Assembly (NCBI GenBank): GCA_963764715.1
Contig: CAVXTP010000010.1
Span: 192,001-256,000 of the forward strand
DNA length: 64,000 nt
Direction: 5' to 3'
DNA from: an uncultured Acidobacteriota bacterium
Lineage (GTDB): Bacteria > Acidobacteriota > Thermoanaerobaculia > UBA5066 > Gp7-AA6
A program made the translations under genes and the position numbers. The notes under the pieces are model-generated. The model did no database searches. It saw only the letters and a program-made list of their open reading frames with translations, and was not told the DNA's origin. Within the stretch, counting starts at the first letter, position 1; each line of letters begins with the position of its first letter. Shown here piece by piece: positions 10,977-20,980 of this stretch.

Positions 10977-13900
10977 TCAGTGCCCTCCGCCGGCGCCGGT
11001 CGGGCTCGGGGCCGGCGTGCCCGCGGCGGCGGGAGCGGCTTCCGGGACCCTGGCCTTGCCCTTGCCCGAGAGCTTTTCGACCATCACGAAGAGCGCGGGG
11101 ATGAGAAAGATCGCGATTCCCGTCGCGGCGAGCATGCCGACGATGACGACGGTGCCCAGCACTTTGCGGGAGACGGCCCCCGAGCCCGAAGCGGTCCAGA
11201 GCGGGACGCAGCCGAGGATGAAGGCGAAGGACGTCATCAGGATCGGCCGGAGGCGCAGCTTCGCCCCTTCGAGAGCGGCGTCCACCAGGCTCTTTCCCTC
11301 TTTTTGCTGCAGGACGGCGAACTCGACGATCAGGATGGCGTTCTTGGCGGCGAGTCCGATCAGCATGACGAGCCCGATCTGGCCGTAGACGTCGAGGTTG
11401 AACTTGCGCATGAGGAGTCCGAGGAAGGCGCCGAAAACCGCGACCGGGACGGACAGCAGGACGCTGAAGGGAAGGGACCAGCTCTCGTAGAGCGCGGCGA
11501 GGATCAGGAACACAAAGACGATCGAGAGGACGAACACCCGTGCGCCCGCCCCCGCGGCCTTGACCTCCTGGTACGACATGTCGGCCCAGTCGTAGCCCAT
11601 CTCGCGCGGCAGGACCTCCTTCGCGACGGCCTCGAGCGCCGCCGTGGCCTGGCCGGAGCTGTAGCCGGGCGCGGGGACTCCGGTGACCTGCGCGGCCCGG
11701 AAGAGGTTGAACCGGTTGGTGAACTCGGGCCCCGCGATCGCCCGGGTCGTCGCAACGGCGGAAAGGGGCACCATCTGGCCATCGTTGTTTCGCACGTAGA
11801 ACTGGTTGATGTCCGCGGCCTTGACGCGTCCCTCGGCTTCGGCCTGCAGGAAGACCTTCCACTGGCGCCCGAAGCGGTTGAACTGGTTCACGTAGATGCC
11901 GCCAAGAAACGCCTGGAGGGTCTGGTAGACATCTCCGACGGCGACGCCCTGTTTCAGGACCTTGTCCCGGTTGATGTCGGCGTAGATCTGGGGCACCGAG
12001 GGCCGCCAGACGCTGTTGACGTTGGCGAGCTCCGGGCGCTTCCTCGCGGCCTCCAGGAACTTCTGAAGATTCTGGTTCAGGTACTCGACGCTTCCGCCGC
12101 TGCGGTCCTGGAGCCAGAAGGAGAAGCCGCCGCCCGTGCCGAGTCCCTGGATGGCCGGAGGCGGAAAGGCCACGGCGCTCGCTTCGAGAATCTGGGCTCG
12201 AAGAACGCCATTCAACCGCTGCATGATCGGCCCGACCTCCATCTCCTTGCCTTTGCGCTCGTCCCAGGGATCGAGGGAGACGAAGTAGAACCCCGTGTAC
12301 GGCGCCGAGGCACCGGCCAGGAGGCTGTACCCCGCCACCGTCGTGACGTACTTGACCCCCTTGGTCTCCGCGAGGATCTTCTCGATCTTCTTGCAGACCG
12401 CATCCGTCCGCTGGAGCGAAGAGGCGTCGGGAAGCTGGACGTTGATGAAGAAGTAGCCCTGGTCCTCGTCCGGGAGGAAGCCCGAGGGAAGCTTCTTTCC
12501 GAGCAGTCCGGAGAGCGCGACGAAGCCGCCGAGGATCAGGAGCGTGACGAAGACCTTTCGGACCAGGTGATGGGAGAGGTTGACGTAGCCGTTGGTCATC
12601 TTCGCAAAGACCCGGTTGAACCAGGCGAAGAACTTCCCGAGCGGCCCCTTCGACTCCTTCTTGGGTTTCAGGATGAGGGAACAGAGCGCCGGCGACAGCG
12701 ACAGGGCGTTGAAGGCCGAAATCAGGACCGAAACGGCGATCGTGATGGCGAACTGCATGTTCATCCGCCCCTGGATCCCGCCCATGAAGGCCACGGGGAT
12801 GAACACGGCGGAAAGGACGAGGGCGATTCCGATGACCGGCTGCGTGACCTCTTCCATCGCCTTCAGCGTGGCGTCCTTCGGCGAGAGTCCGTGCTCGATG
12901 TGGTGCTCGACGGCCTCGACGACGACGATCGCGTCGTCCACGACGAGGCCGATGGCGAGGACCAGGCCGAAGAGCGAAAGCGTGTTGATCGAGAAGCCGA
13001 GCATCGGAAAGAACATGAACGTGCCGACGAGCGACACCGGCACGGCGAGCAGCGGAATGAGCGTCGCCCGCCACCCCTGCAGGAACAGGAACACGACGAT
13101 GATGACGAGAACGATCGCCTCGAAGAGGGTGTGCTCGATTTCCTTGATGCCCTCGGTGACCGGCAGCGTCGTGTCGAGGGCGACGACGTAGTCGAGGTCG
13201 TCCGGAAAGCGCTCCTTCAACTCCTGCATGGTCTTCTTGACGCCCTCGGCGACGGCGATGGCGTTGGAGCCCGGGACCTGGAAGACGCCGATCGGGCAGG
13301 AGGGCTTGCCGTTCAAGCGCGCGCGCTGCTGGTAGTTCAGGGCGCCGAGGTCGATCCGGCTGACGTCCTTCAGGCGAACCATGGACCCGTCGGGGTTCAA
13401 GCGCACGACCACGTTGCCGAATTCCTCGGCGGTCTCGAGGCGACCCTTGGAGCGGAGGGTGTAGGTGAACTCCTGGCCCTGCGGAGCGGGCTCCGTGCCG
13501 ATTCCCCCGGCCGGGTTGACCGTGCTCTGCTGCTTCACCGCGTTCATCAGGTCGGGGACGGTCAGCCCGAGGCTCGCCAGCCGTTCCGGCTTGACCCAGA
13601 TGCGCATGGCGTAGTCGGCGGTTCCGTAGTTCTGGATCTGGCCCACACCCGGAACGCGGTAGATGGCGTCGTTGACGTTGATCGTCGCGTAGTTGCCGAG
13701 GAAGAGCGCGTCGTACGTTCCCTTGGGGGAATACAGCGAGACGATGAGCAGGGGATTGCTCGTGGCCTTCTTGACCGTCAGGCCGAACTGGTTCACGTCG
13801 GCCGGCAGGTTGGGCTGCGCCTGCGAGACCCGGTTCTGCGTGTTGACCTGGTCGAAGTTGATGTCGGTCTCGACGTCGAACGTGACGGTGAGCTTCATCG

Positions 13901-14159
13901 TCCCGTCGTTCGCGTTGATGGACTGCATGTAGATCATGTAGTCGACGCCGTTCATCTGCTGCTCGATCGGCGTCGCGACGGACTGCTCGATCGTGATCGC
14001 GTCGGCGCCGGTGTAGGTCGTCGTGACCTGGATCTGCGGCGGCACGATGTCCGGGTACTGGGCGGTCGGGAGCTTCGTCATCGCGACCGCCCCCGCCATC
14101 GTCATCAGGATCGCGATGACGATCGCGACGATCGGCCGGCGGACGAAAAAGGCGCCCAC
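10977..14159 (-). CDS. RND efflux permease (AcrB/HAE1 family)
   Basis: 1060 aa; AIGLVVDDAIVVVE, GLAAKNAILIVEFA, RLRPILMTS motifs. Confidence 0.95.
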   Translation of the reverse strand: MGAFFVRRPIVAIVIAILMTMAGAVAMTKLPTAQYPDIVPPQIQVTTTYTGADAITIEQSVATPIEQQMNGVDYMIYMQSINANDGTMKLTVTFDVETDINFDQVNTQNRVSQAQPNLPADVNQFGLTVKKATSNPLLIVSLYSPKGTYDALFLGNYATINVNDAIYRVPGVGQIQNYGTADYAMRIWVKPERLASLGLTVPDLMNAVKQQSTVNPAGGIGTEPAPQGQEFTYTLRSKGRLETAEEFGNVVVRLNPDGSMVRLKDVSRIDLGALNYQQRARLNGKPSCPIGVFQVPGSNAIAVAEGVKKTMQELKERFPDDLDYVVALDTTLPVTEGIKEIEHTLFEAIVLVIIVVFLFLQGWRATLIPLLAVPVSLVGTFMFFPMLGFSINTLSLFGLVLAIGLVVDDAIVVVEAVEHHIEHGLSPKDATLKAMEEVTQPVIGIALVLSAVFIPVAFMGGIQGRMNMQFAITIAVSVLISAFNALSLSPALCSLILKPKKESKGPLGKFFAWFNRVFAKMTNGYVNLSHHLVRKVFVTLLILGGFVALSGLLGKKLPSGFLPDEDQGYFFINVQLPDASSLQRTDAVCKKIEKILAETKGVKYVTTVAGYSLLAGASAPYTGFYFVSLDPWDERKGKEMEVGPIMQRLNGVLRAQILEASAVAFPPPAIQGLGTGGGFSFWLQDRSGGSVEYLNQNLQKFLEAARKRPELANVNSVWRPSVPQIYADINRDKVLKQGVAVGDVYQTLQAFLGGIYVNQFNRFGRQWKVFLQAEAEGRVKAADINQFYVRNNDGQMVPLSAVATTRAIAGPEFTNRFNLFRAAQVTGVPAPGYSSGQATAALEAVAKEVLPREMGYDWADMSYQEVKAAGAGARVFVLSIVFVFLILAALYESWSLPFSVLLSVPVAVFGAFLGLLMRKFNLDVYGQIGLVMLIGLAAKNAILIVEFAVLQQKEGKSLVDAALEGAKLRLRPILMTSFAFILGCVPLWTASGSGAVSRKVLGTVVIVGMLAATGIAIFLIPALFVMVEKLSGKGKARVPEAAPAAAGTPAPSPTGAGGGH

Positions 14160-14163
14160 GACG

Positions 14164-15342
14164 CTACGTCCCGGTCTTCGGAGCGGCTTCGGCGGCGGGG
14201 GCCGGCTCGCTCGAAGCCTCTTTCGGCACGACGGTCATGCCGCTTCGCACCCGCTGGAGACCTTCGACGATGATGCGGTCTCCCGCCTTGAGTCCGTCCT
14301 CGATGACCCACAGGCTCCCGTCGACGGGCCCCGGCTTCACGACGCGGATCGTCACCTTGTTGTCAGCGCCGACGACCGCGACCTGATAACTGCCCTGCAA
14401 CTCGCTCACGGCGCGCTGCGGAACGAGGATGGCGCCCTTCTTCGTATCGACCGCGACGCGGACCTTGGCGTACTGGCCGGGCCGCAACAGGTTGCCGGGG
14501 TTCGGAAAGACGCCGGCGAGCTGGATCGTGCCCGTCTTGACGTCGACTTCGCGCCCCACCAGGAACGGGCGGCCGCGGTGAGGGAACACCGAGCCGTCGG
14601 AAAGGACGAGCTGCAGGGGGCCCTTGTCCAGGCTCTGGTCGGTTCGCAGCGTCTTCTCCGGAGGACCGTACTTGGCGACCCAGGCCAGGTACTCCTGTTC
14701 GCTCGGGTTGAAGTACACCTTGATGGGGTCGACCTGCGAGACCGTTGTCATCAGGATCTCGCGGTTGACGAGATCACCGACCTGAGACTTGGCAACGCCC
14801 GCGACACCATCGATCGGCGAGACGACCTTCGTCCAGCCGAGGTCGAGTCTCGCCTTCTCGAGGCTCGCCCGAGCGCTCTCCACGTTGGCCTGCGCCGTGC
14901 GCTCGCGCGTTTCGGCGTCGTCGAGCTCCTGCTGGCTGATGGCTTTCTCGGCGGCCAGGGGCCGGTATCGTGCCACCGTCGTCGTGGCGTTGGCGAGCGT
15001 CGCTTCGTACTGGGCGAGCGTGCCCTTGGCCTGGTCGTAGGTCGCCTGGAACTGCCGCGGGTCGATTTCGAAGAGGGTATCGCCGGCCTTGACCGCGAAT
15101 CCCTCGCGGTAGACCTGTCGGAGGACGTAGCCCTCGATCTGCGGGCGGATCTCGGCGTTGACGAAGCCGTCGAGCGTCCCGATCCACTCCTGAACGATCG
15201 AGACGTCTTTCTGGACGACCGGGGCGACCTCGACGGTCGGGGGAGGCGCGACCGGCGTCTCCTTCTTGCCGCACGCCGAGGCGGCGGCGAGTGCGAACAG
15301 CACGGCGGCTGAGAGCGGTAGTCGTCGGCTGCGCAGCGGCAT
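14164..15342 (-). CDS. RND efflux periplasmic adaptor (AcrA-like MFP)
   Basis: Lipoprotein signal (ASAC), EIRPQIEG..LFEIDP, VVSPIDG, LRPGQY. GGAGG precedes ATG 15342. Confidence 0.92.
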   Translation of the reverse strand: MPLRSRRLPLSAAVLFALAAASACGKKETPVAPPPTVEVAPVVQKDVSIVQEWIGTLDGFVNAEIRPQIEGYVLRQVYREGFAVKAGDTLFEIDPRQFQATYDQAKGTLAQYEATLANATTTVARYRPLAAEKAISQQELDDAETRERTAQANVESARASLEKARLDLGWTKVVSPIDGVAGVAKSQVGDLVNREILMTTVSQVDPIKVYFNPSEQEYLAWVAKYGPPEKTLRTDQSLDKGPLQLVLSDGSVFPHRGRPFLVGREVDVKTGTIQLAGVFPNPGNLLRPGQYAKVRVAVDTKKGAILVPQRAVSELQGSYQVAVVGADNKVTIRVVKPGPVDGSLWVIEDGLKAGDRIIVEGLQRVRSGMTVVPKEASSEPAPAAEAAPKTGT

Positions 15343-15585
15343 GTTTTCCTCCGAAAATCGGCGGCTCTTCATCGGAGTTAGAGCAAACGCAATATATCCC
15401 GCAGGCCCGGTGAGGCGAAACGCCGTCGCGCGACGGAACGAAAGCACGTCGTGGCTCATCTTCGAGGCTGAAGATAGGCCCGGCGGCCGGAATCTCGCCA
15501 TAGGGCCTTGGTCCCATAGCGCAGCGAAGACGCCGCCGCGAGCCCGGCTCGCGCCGGGCTTCGGCTCGTGGGATAGGGTTTCCGC

Positions 15586-16281
15586 GTGAAGACCGAGGTG
15601 CTCGCCGACGCCGAATCGGCGGCCCGCCGCGCCGCCGGGGTCATCGCCGCCGACGCGCGCGCGGCCGTCGCCGCGCGCGGCCGCTTCGTCATGGCGGTCA
15701 GCGGCGGACGCACGCCCTGGGTGATGCTGCGGGTCCTCGCCGGCGAAGAGGTCCCCTGGTCCTTCGTCCACGTCGTCCAGGTGGACGAGCGCGTGGCCCC
15801 GGCCGGAGACCCCGACCGCAACCTCATGCACCTGCGGGACAGCCTGCTCTCGCACGCGCCGCTGCCGCCCGGGCAGATCCACGCGATGCCGGTCGAAGCC
15901 GCGGACCTCGAGGCGGCTGCGGCGGCGTATGCGCGCCTTCTCGAGGGAATCGCCGGAACGCCGCCCGTCCTCGACCTGGCGCATCTCGGCCTCGGGCCCG
16001 ACGGGCACACGGCCTCGCTCGTGCCGGGCGACCCGGCGCTCGCCGTGACGGACCGCGACGTGGCCTTGACCGGCGTCTACATGGGAAGACGCCGCATGAC
16101 CCTGACGTACCCGGTGCTGAACCGGGCCCGGCGCGTCCTGTGGCTCGCGACGGGCGCCGAGAAGGTCGCCATGCTCCCGCGGCTTCTCACCGGCGACCCG
16201 TCGATTCCGGCCGGAAGAGTGGCGCGCGAAAACGCGCTCGTCGTGGCCGATCGCGCGGCGATGGGCGAACCGCCGTCTTGA
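15586..16281 (+). CDS. pgl: 6-phosphogluconolactonase
   Basis: AVSGGRTP, VDERVAP, LGLGPDGHTASL, RMTLT motifs. Confidence 0.88.
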   Translation: MKTEVLADAESAARRAAGVIAADARAAVAARGRFVMAVSGGRTPWVMLRVLAGEEVPWSFVHVVQVDERVAPAGDPDRNLMHLRDSLLSHAPLPPGQIHAMPVEAADLEAAAAAYARLLEGIAGTPPVLDLAHLGLGPDGHTASLVPGDPALAVTDRDVALTGVYMGRRRMTLTYPVLNRARRVLWLATGAEKVAMLPRLLTGDPSIPAGRVARENALVVADRAAMGEPPS

Positions 16282-17180
16282 ACGATCCCTCCGCGCGCGT
16301 TCTGGCCGCCGGGGGCCTCGAAGCCGTGTTCCTGCCCGGCCGCGGGATGCTCGGCGCGTCGTTGAAGCGCCGCGGCGTCGAGCTCCTCCGGCGCGTCGAG
16401 GACCTCGAAGCCTCGGCACGGAGCGGCTCGACCGCCGGGATCCCGCTGCTCCACCCCTGGGCCAATCGCCTCGCGGGGCTCCGCTATCGCGCGGCGGGGC
16501 GCGAGGTGGAGCTCGACCCGTCCTCGCCGCTGCTTCGCCGGGATGCCGGGGGACTCCCGATTCACGGCGTGCCGTGGTCCCGGCTCGCCTGGAGCGTCAC
16601 CGAGGCCGCGACGAACCGGCTGACCGCCCGCCTCGACTGGAACCGCGCCGATCTCCTGGCCGTTTTTCCGTTTGCGCACCGGTTGACGATGCGCGTGACG
16701 CTGGCGCCGGAGGGGCTCACGCTCGAGACCGTGCTCTCCGCCGGCGACGGCCCCGTGCCCGCCTCCTTCGGGTTTCACCCTTACCTCGCGATCCCCGGAA
16801 GCCCGCGCGGGCAGTGGCGTCTCGAGCTTCCGGCGATGCGGCGGCTCACGCTCGATCCGCGCGGGATCCCGACCGGCGAGGAGACGCCGTTCGAGGCGCT
16901 CGACGCTCCTCTCGGGGACCGCGCCTTCGACGACGGCTTCATGCTCCCCTCGGAGAGCTCCGGCCTCTCGGTTTCGGGCGGCGGCCTCCGGATCTCCGTC
17001 GAGCTCCTCGCGGGATATACCCACGCCCAGGTCTACGCGCCCTCCGGCCAGGACTTCGTGGCATTCGAGCCCATGACGGCGCCGACGTCCGCCCTGACGA
17101 GCGGGAACGGGCTTCGCCTCGTTCGGCCCGGCGGGGAGCTCCGCACGGCGTTTCGCATAAGAGTGGACGGGGAGGCCTAG
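16278..17180 (+). CDS. Aldose 1-epimerase (galactose mutarotase-like)
   Basis: GIPLLHPWANR, IHG, FGFHPY, FDDG, AFEPMT motifs. TTG start overlaps the pgl stop. Confidence 0.85.
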   Translation: MNDPSARVLAAGGLEAVFLPGRGMLGASLKRRGVELLRRVEDLEASARSGSTAGIPLLHPWANRLAGLRYRAAGREVELDPSSPLLRRDAGGLPIHGVPWSRLAWSVTEAATNRLTARLDWNRADLLAVFPFAHRLTMRVTLAPEGLTLETVLSAGDGPVPASFGFHPYLAIPGSPRGQWRLELPAMRRLTLDPRGIPTGEETPFEALDAPLGDRAFDDGFMLPSESSGLSVSGGGLRISVELLAGYTHAQVYAPSGQDFVAFEPMTAPTSALTSGNGLRLVRPGGELRTAFRIRVDGEA

Positions 17181-17268
17181 CCCGGCGGATGGCCGGCCGG
17201 GATCCGCAGCCGCCGTGCAACCCTTTCGGCCGCCGCCCGCACTCATGGGCGACCGAAAGGAGGTCCCC

Positions 17269-17805
17269 ATGAAGACGAGGATCGGCGTGACCCTGGGCTC
17301 CTGCGCTCTCGCCGCCGCGGCGTTCCTGAAGGGAGAGGATCCGGCCGGAACGGTGCCGGCCACGCCGGAACTCGCGCGCGCGGCCTTCGCGCGCTTCCAG
17401 TCGAATGACGGAAACTGGATCGGAAAGAGCACGAAGGGCTGGGAGGAGACGCTCCGGTACCGGACGATCGCCGGCGGTTCGACCGTTCTCGAGACCTCCT
17501 TCGACGCCCATCCCGGGCAGGAGATGGCGACGGCGTTCTATCTCGACGGGGACCGGCTCATGCTGACGCACTACTGCATGGCGAAAAACGCGCCGCGGCT
17601 CGAGGCGACGGCCTTCGGCGACGGCGGCCGCACGGTGGTCTTCACGTTCGTCGACGGCGCGAACATCCCGACGCGCGACAAGGGACACATGGACAAGGCG
17701 GTCTTCCGCTTCGAGACGGAGGACCGCGTGGTCTCGCGCTGGACCTGGTACGAGAACGGACGGGAAAAATGGTTCGAAGAGATCGTCCAGACGCGCCGGC
17801 CGTGA
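17269..17805 (+). CDS. Secreted hypothetical protein (probable beta-barrel/lipocalin-like)
   Basis: AAGGAGG RBS, signal peptide, GNWIG and LMLTHYC motifs. Stop overlaps the ECF sigma start. Confidence 0.7.
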   Translation: MKTRIGVTLGSCALAAAAFLKGEDPAGTVPATPELARAAFARFQSNDGNWIGKSTKGWEETLRYRTIAGGSTVLETSFDAHPGQEMATAFYLDGDRLMLTHYCMAKNAPRLEATAFGDGGRTVVFTFVDGANIPTRDKGHMDKAVFRFETEDRVVSRWTWYENGREKWFEEIVQTRRP

Positions 17806-18341
17806 ACGAGCCGGCGGCGGAGGACCGGGACCTCGTCGCGCGCTTTCTCGAGGGCCGCGACGAGGCCGCGTTCCGGAAGCTCTACCGGCGCCACGCCGCG
17901 TTCCTGTACCGGTTCCTGCTGCGGCTGTCGGGCGGCGACGCGGCGGCCGCGGACGAGGGCGTGCAGGAGACCTGGGTCCGGGCGGCGCGCGGACTGCAGG
18001 AGTTCCAGTGGCGTTCGTCGCTGAAGACCTGGCTCGCCGGCATCGCGATCCGCTGGTGGCGCGAGTTCGAGCGGGCGGCGGGCCGCGAGGCGGAGCTGCC
18101 GGATGAGGCCGAGCTTCCGCCCGCGCCGCCGATCCGGCGCGAGATCGAGCGGCTCGATCTCGAGCGGGCACTCGCCTCCCTCGCGCCGGGCTACCGGCGG
18201 GCGATCCTGCTTCACGACGTCGAGGGCTACACGCACGAGGAGGTCGCCGCGCTGACGGGCGTCGACGTCGGGACCTCGAAGAGCCAGCTTTCACGGGCGC
18301 GCAGCGCTTTGCGCGCGCGCCTTTCCGGGAGGAACCCATGA
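17802..18341 (+). CDS. ECF RNA polymerase sigma factor
   Basis: Region 2 (DEAAFRKLY..QETW..SSLKTWL) and region 4 (LHDVEGYTHEEVA..GTSKSQLSRAR). Confidence 0.92.
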   Translation: MNEPAAEDRDLVARFLEGRDEAAFRKLYRRHAAFLYRFLLRLSGGDAAAADEGVQETWVRAARGLQEFQWRSSLKTWLAGIAIRWWREFERAAGREAELPDEAELPPAPPIRREIERLDLERALASLAPGYRRAILLHDVEGYTHEEVAALTGVDVGTSKSQLSRARSALRARLSGRNP

Positions 18342-18922
18342 ACGATCCGGACGACCGGACACCCGAGGAGACGAGCCCGGAGGAGAAGAGGATGCTGAGC
18401 GCGCTCGCGGCCGGCCCCGAGCCGCCGCCCGGCCTCGAGGACGCGGTGGTCGCGCGGCTCGCGGCGGGCGGTCTCCTGGCCCGGCGCCGCGGGACGGTGC
18501 GCCTGCGGGTCTTCGCCGCCGCGGCGGGGCTCGCCCTCTTCGCCCTCGGCGTCGTCGTGGGGGCGCGGCGGGCCCCCGCGCCGGTAACCGGGGCGGCCCC
18601 GGCGATGCCGCGCTACGTGCTGCTTCTCTACGACGCCCCGGACGAACGGGGACTGTCGGCAGGGGAGATGGCGGCGCGCGTCGCCGAGTACCGCGACTGG
18701 GCGATCGGCCTGCGGCGCGCCGGCAGCGACATCACGGGCGAGAAGCTCGCGCCGGGAGGCCTCGACCTCGGGGCCTCGAACGCCCCCGCGGGGCCGCTTC
18801 CGCTCGGCGGCTACTTCGTCTTCTCGGCGAAGGATCCGGCGGCCGCGGCGGAGGTGGCCAAGTCGTGCCCGCACCTTCGGCACGGAGGCCGCGCGGCGCT
18901 GCGTCCGATCGAGGAGACCTGA
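18338..18922 (+). CDS. Putative membrane anti-sigma factor with C-terminal YciI-like domain
   Basis: Coupled to the sigma gene (ATGA overlap); one TM helix; RYVLLLY..GEKL..LGGYFVF..AAEVAKSCPHL..LRPI is YciI/DGPF-like. Confidence 0.7.
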   Translation: MNDPDDRTPEETSPEEKRMLSALAAGPEPPPGLEDAVVARLAAGGLLARRRGTVRLRVFAAAAGLALFALGVVVGARRAPAPVTGAAPAMPRYVLLLYDAPDERGLSAGEMAARVAEYRDWAIGLRRAGSDITGEKLAPGGLDLGASNAPAGPLPLGGYFVFSAKDPAAAAEVAKSCPHLRHGGRAALRPIEET

Positions 18923-19534
18923 TCAGCTCTTCTTGCGGGTGTACTGGATCTCGACGAGCTTGCTCATCCGGCCGTTCGGCGCCTTGCCGGTGAGCTCGAA
19001 GCTGTAGTGGTCGTTGTCGGTGATCACGAGCTTCGACTCGACCGGGAACGGCTTGGCGTAGACCGGGTCCCACATCGTCGAGCGGCCCAGGATCGTCTTG
19101 CCGGACGCATCCGGGCTGCCGACGAGGTAGATCATGCCGGTCCCCGAGGTGTCGAGCCACACCGACACGTATTTCTTCTGGACGTTGTCGTAGCCCGTGT
19201 ACCCGATGCCGGTGAACGGCTCGCCCATCATCGAGCCGTCGAACTGCTGCTCGACGTAGCGGCCGCCGAGGGCCCAGCTGTTGACCGCGGTGCCGACGGA
19301 GTCCTCCGGCGGCTTGGAGGGGTCGATCCACGACCTCACCTTCGCGTCGAACGTGCCCACGAGCGCGTCGAGCTTCTTGTGCGGCTCGCCCGGGGTCGAG
19401 GCCTTCTGCCAGGCCTCGAGCCGGGCCTTGTCGGCCGAGGATGCGGGCCTGGGAGCGGATTCCTGGGCGCCGACGGCCGCCGCGAAGGCGAGCGCCGCCG
19501 AAGCCACCGTGAGCCTGCCGATCGGACGCATCAT
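18923..19534 (-). CDS. DUF1579-like secreted protein
   Basis: TPGEPHKKLDALVGTF, LGGRY, GYDNVQKKYVSVWLD motifs; signal peptide. Confidence 0.8.
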   Translation of the reverse strand: MMRPIGRLTVASAALAFAAAVGAQESAPRPASSADKARLEAWQKASTPGEPHKKLDALVGTFDAKVRSWIDPSKPPEDSVGTAVNSWALGGRYVEQQFDGSMMGEPFTGIGYTGYDNVQKKYVSVWLDTSGTGMIYLVGSPDASGKTILGRSTMWDPVYAKPFPVESKLVITDNDHYSFELTGKAPNGRMSKLVEIQYTRKKS

Positions 19535-19603
19535 CCTCGGTCCTCCTGAGGGGCCAGATTCTACGACGGTGAGGTATCGTTTCGGACGGTGAAGGGATCA
19601 TTC

Positions 19604-20980
19604 ATGCAAACCCCCCGGACACTGCTCGCGCTCGCGCTCGTCGTTTCGGCCGCCTCGACCGCTCTCGCCGCGCCGCCGCCGTCGTCCGCCCCCGCGGCGC
19701 GGCCGGCGCTTCCGTTCATCGAGGACGACTACCCCAGGGCCCTCGCCGAGGCCCGGGCGAAGAAGCTCCCGATCTTCGCGGAGGCGTGGGCGCCGTGGTG
19801 CCACACCTGCCGCTCGATGCGCGCCTTCGTGTACACGGACCCGGCCCTGGCGAAGTATGCCGGCCAGTACGTGTGGCTCTCGATCGACACGGAGAAGGCG
19901 CAGAACGCGGCCTTCTCCGAGAAGTACCCGATCCGCGCCTGGCCCTCGATGTACGTCATCGATCCGATGAAGGAGACGATCGCCGTGCGCTGGGTCGGGG
20001 GCGCGACGGTCGGCCAGCTCGAGAAGCTCTTCGCCGACGGCGAGCGGGCCGTGCGGGGAGGCGCGAAGGGCGCGGCGCAGACGCTCGCGGCGGCCGACGC
20101 GCTCTACGGCCGGGGACAGTACGCGGAAGCCGTGCCGGCGTACCGCGAGGCCCTGAAGCTGTACGCGGTGAGCTCGGCCGAGTACGCCCGGTCGCTCGAC
20201 GCTCTGCTCTTCAGCCTGTCGGTCACGAAACAGTACGCCGAGTGCTCCGCCGCGGCGGGCGCGGCGCTGCCGAGGCTGAAGACCGGCCCCTCCGCCGCCT
20301 CGGTCGCGGGCTCGGGCCTCGACTGCGCGCTGAGGATGCCGGCGGAGTCGACCGGGCGCGCCGAGGCGATCAAGACCTTCGAAGCGGAGGCCCGCGCGAT
20401 CGTCGACAACAAGCGGATTCCGCTCCAGGCCGACGACCGGTCCGCGCTCTACTCCTCGATCTTCGACGCGCGGCAGGACGCGAAGGACGAGGCCGGCGCG
20501 AAGGCGGTGGCGCGCGCGTGGGTCGCGTACCTCGACGGCGAAGCCGCCGCGGTCAAGACGCCCGAGCAGCGGACGGCCCTCGATCCCAACCGGCTCGGGG
20601 CGTTCGACGCCGCGGGGGAGATCGCGAAGGCCATCCCGATGCTCGAGCAGTCCGAGAAGGACTTTCCCGACGACTACAACCCGCCGGCGCGCCTGGCGCT
20701 CGTCTACAAGGACCTCAAACGCTACCCGGAGGCGCTCGCCGCTTCCGACCGGGCGCTCGCGCGCGTCTACGGCCCGCGCCGGATCCGCGTCCTGGCGGTG
20801 CGCGTCGAGATCTACCAGGGCATGGGCGACGCGGCCGCGGCGCGCAAGACCCTCGGGGAGGCCGTCCGCTTCGCCGAGGGCCTTCCGGCCGGGCAGCGTT
20901 CGGACTCGCAGATCGCCGCGCTGAAGAAGCAGCTCGTCGCGGCGGGCGGTTCGCCGCAGGCCGCCTCCGCGCAGCCGTGA
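19604..20980 (+). CDS. Secreted thioredoxin-family protein with TPR-like helical repeats
   Basis: Signal peptide, WAPWCHTC active site, C-terminal TPR-like helices. Confidence 0.8.
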   Translation: MQTPRTLLALALVVSAASTALAAPPPSSAPAARPALPFIEDDYPRALAEARAKKLPIFAEAWAPWCHTCRSMRAFVYTDPALAKYAGQYVWLSIDTEKAQNAAFSEKYPIRAWPSMYVIDPMKETIAVRWVGGATVGQLEKLFADGERAVRGGAKGAAQTLAAADALYGRGQYAEAVPAYREALKLYAVSSAEYARSLDALLFSLSVTKQYAECSAAAGAALPRLKTGPSAASVAGSGLDCALRMPAESTGRAEAIKTFEAEARAIVDNKRIPLQADDRSALYSSIFDARQDAKDEAGAKAVARAWVAYLDGEAAAVKTPEQRTALDPNRLGAFDAAGEIAKAIPMLEQSEKDFPDDYNPPARLALVYKDLKRYPEALAASDRALARVYGPRRIRVLAVRVEIYQGMGDAAAARKTLGEAVRFAEGLPAGQRSDSQIAALKKQLVAAGGSPQAASAQP

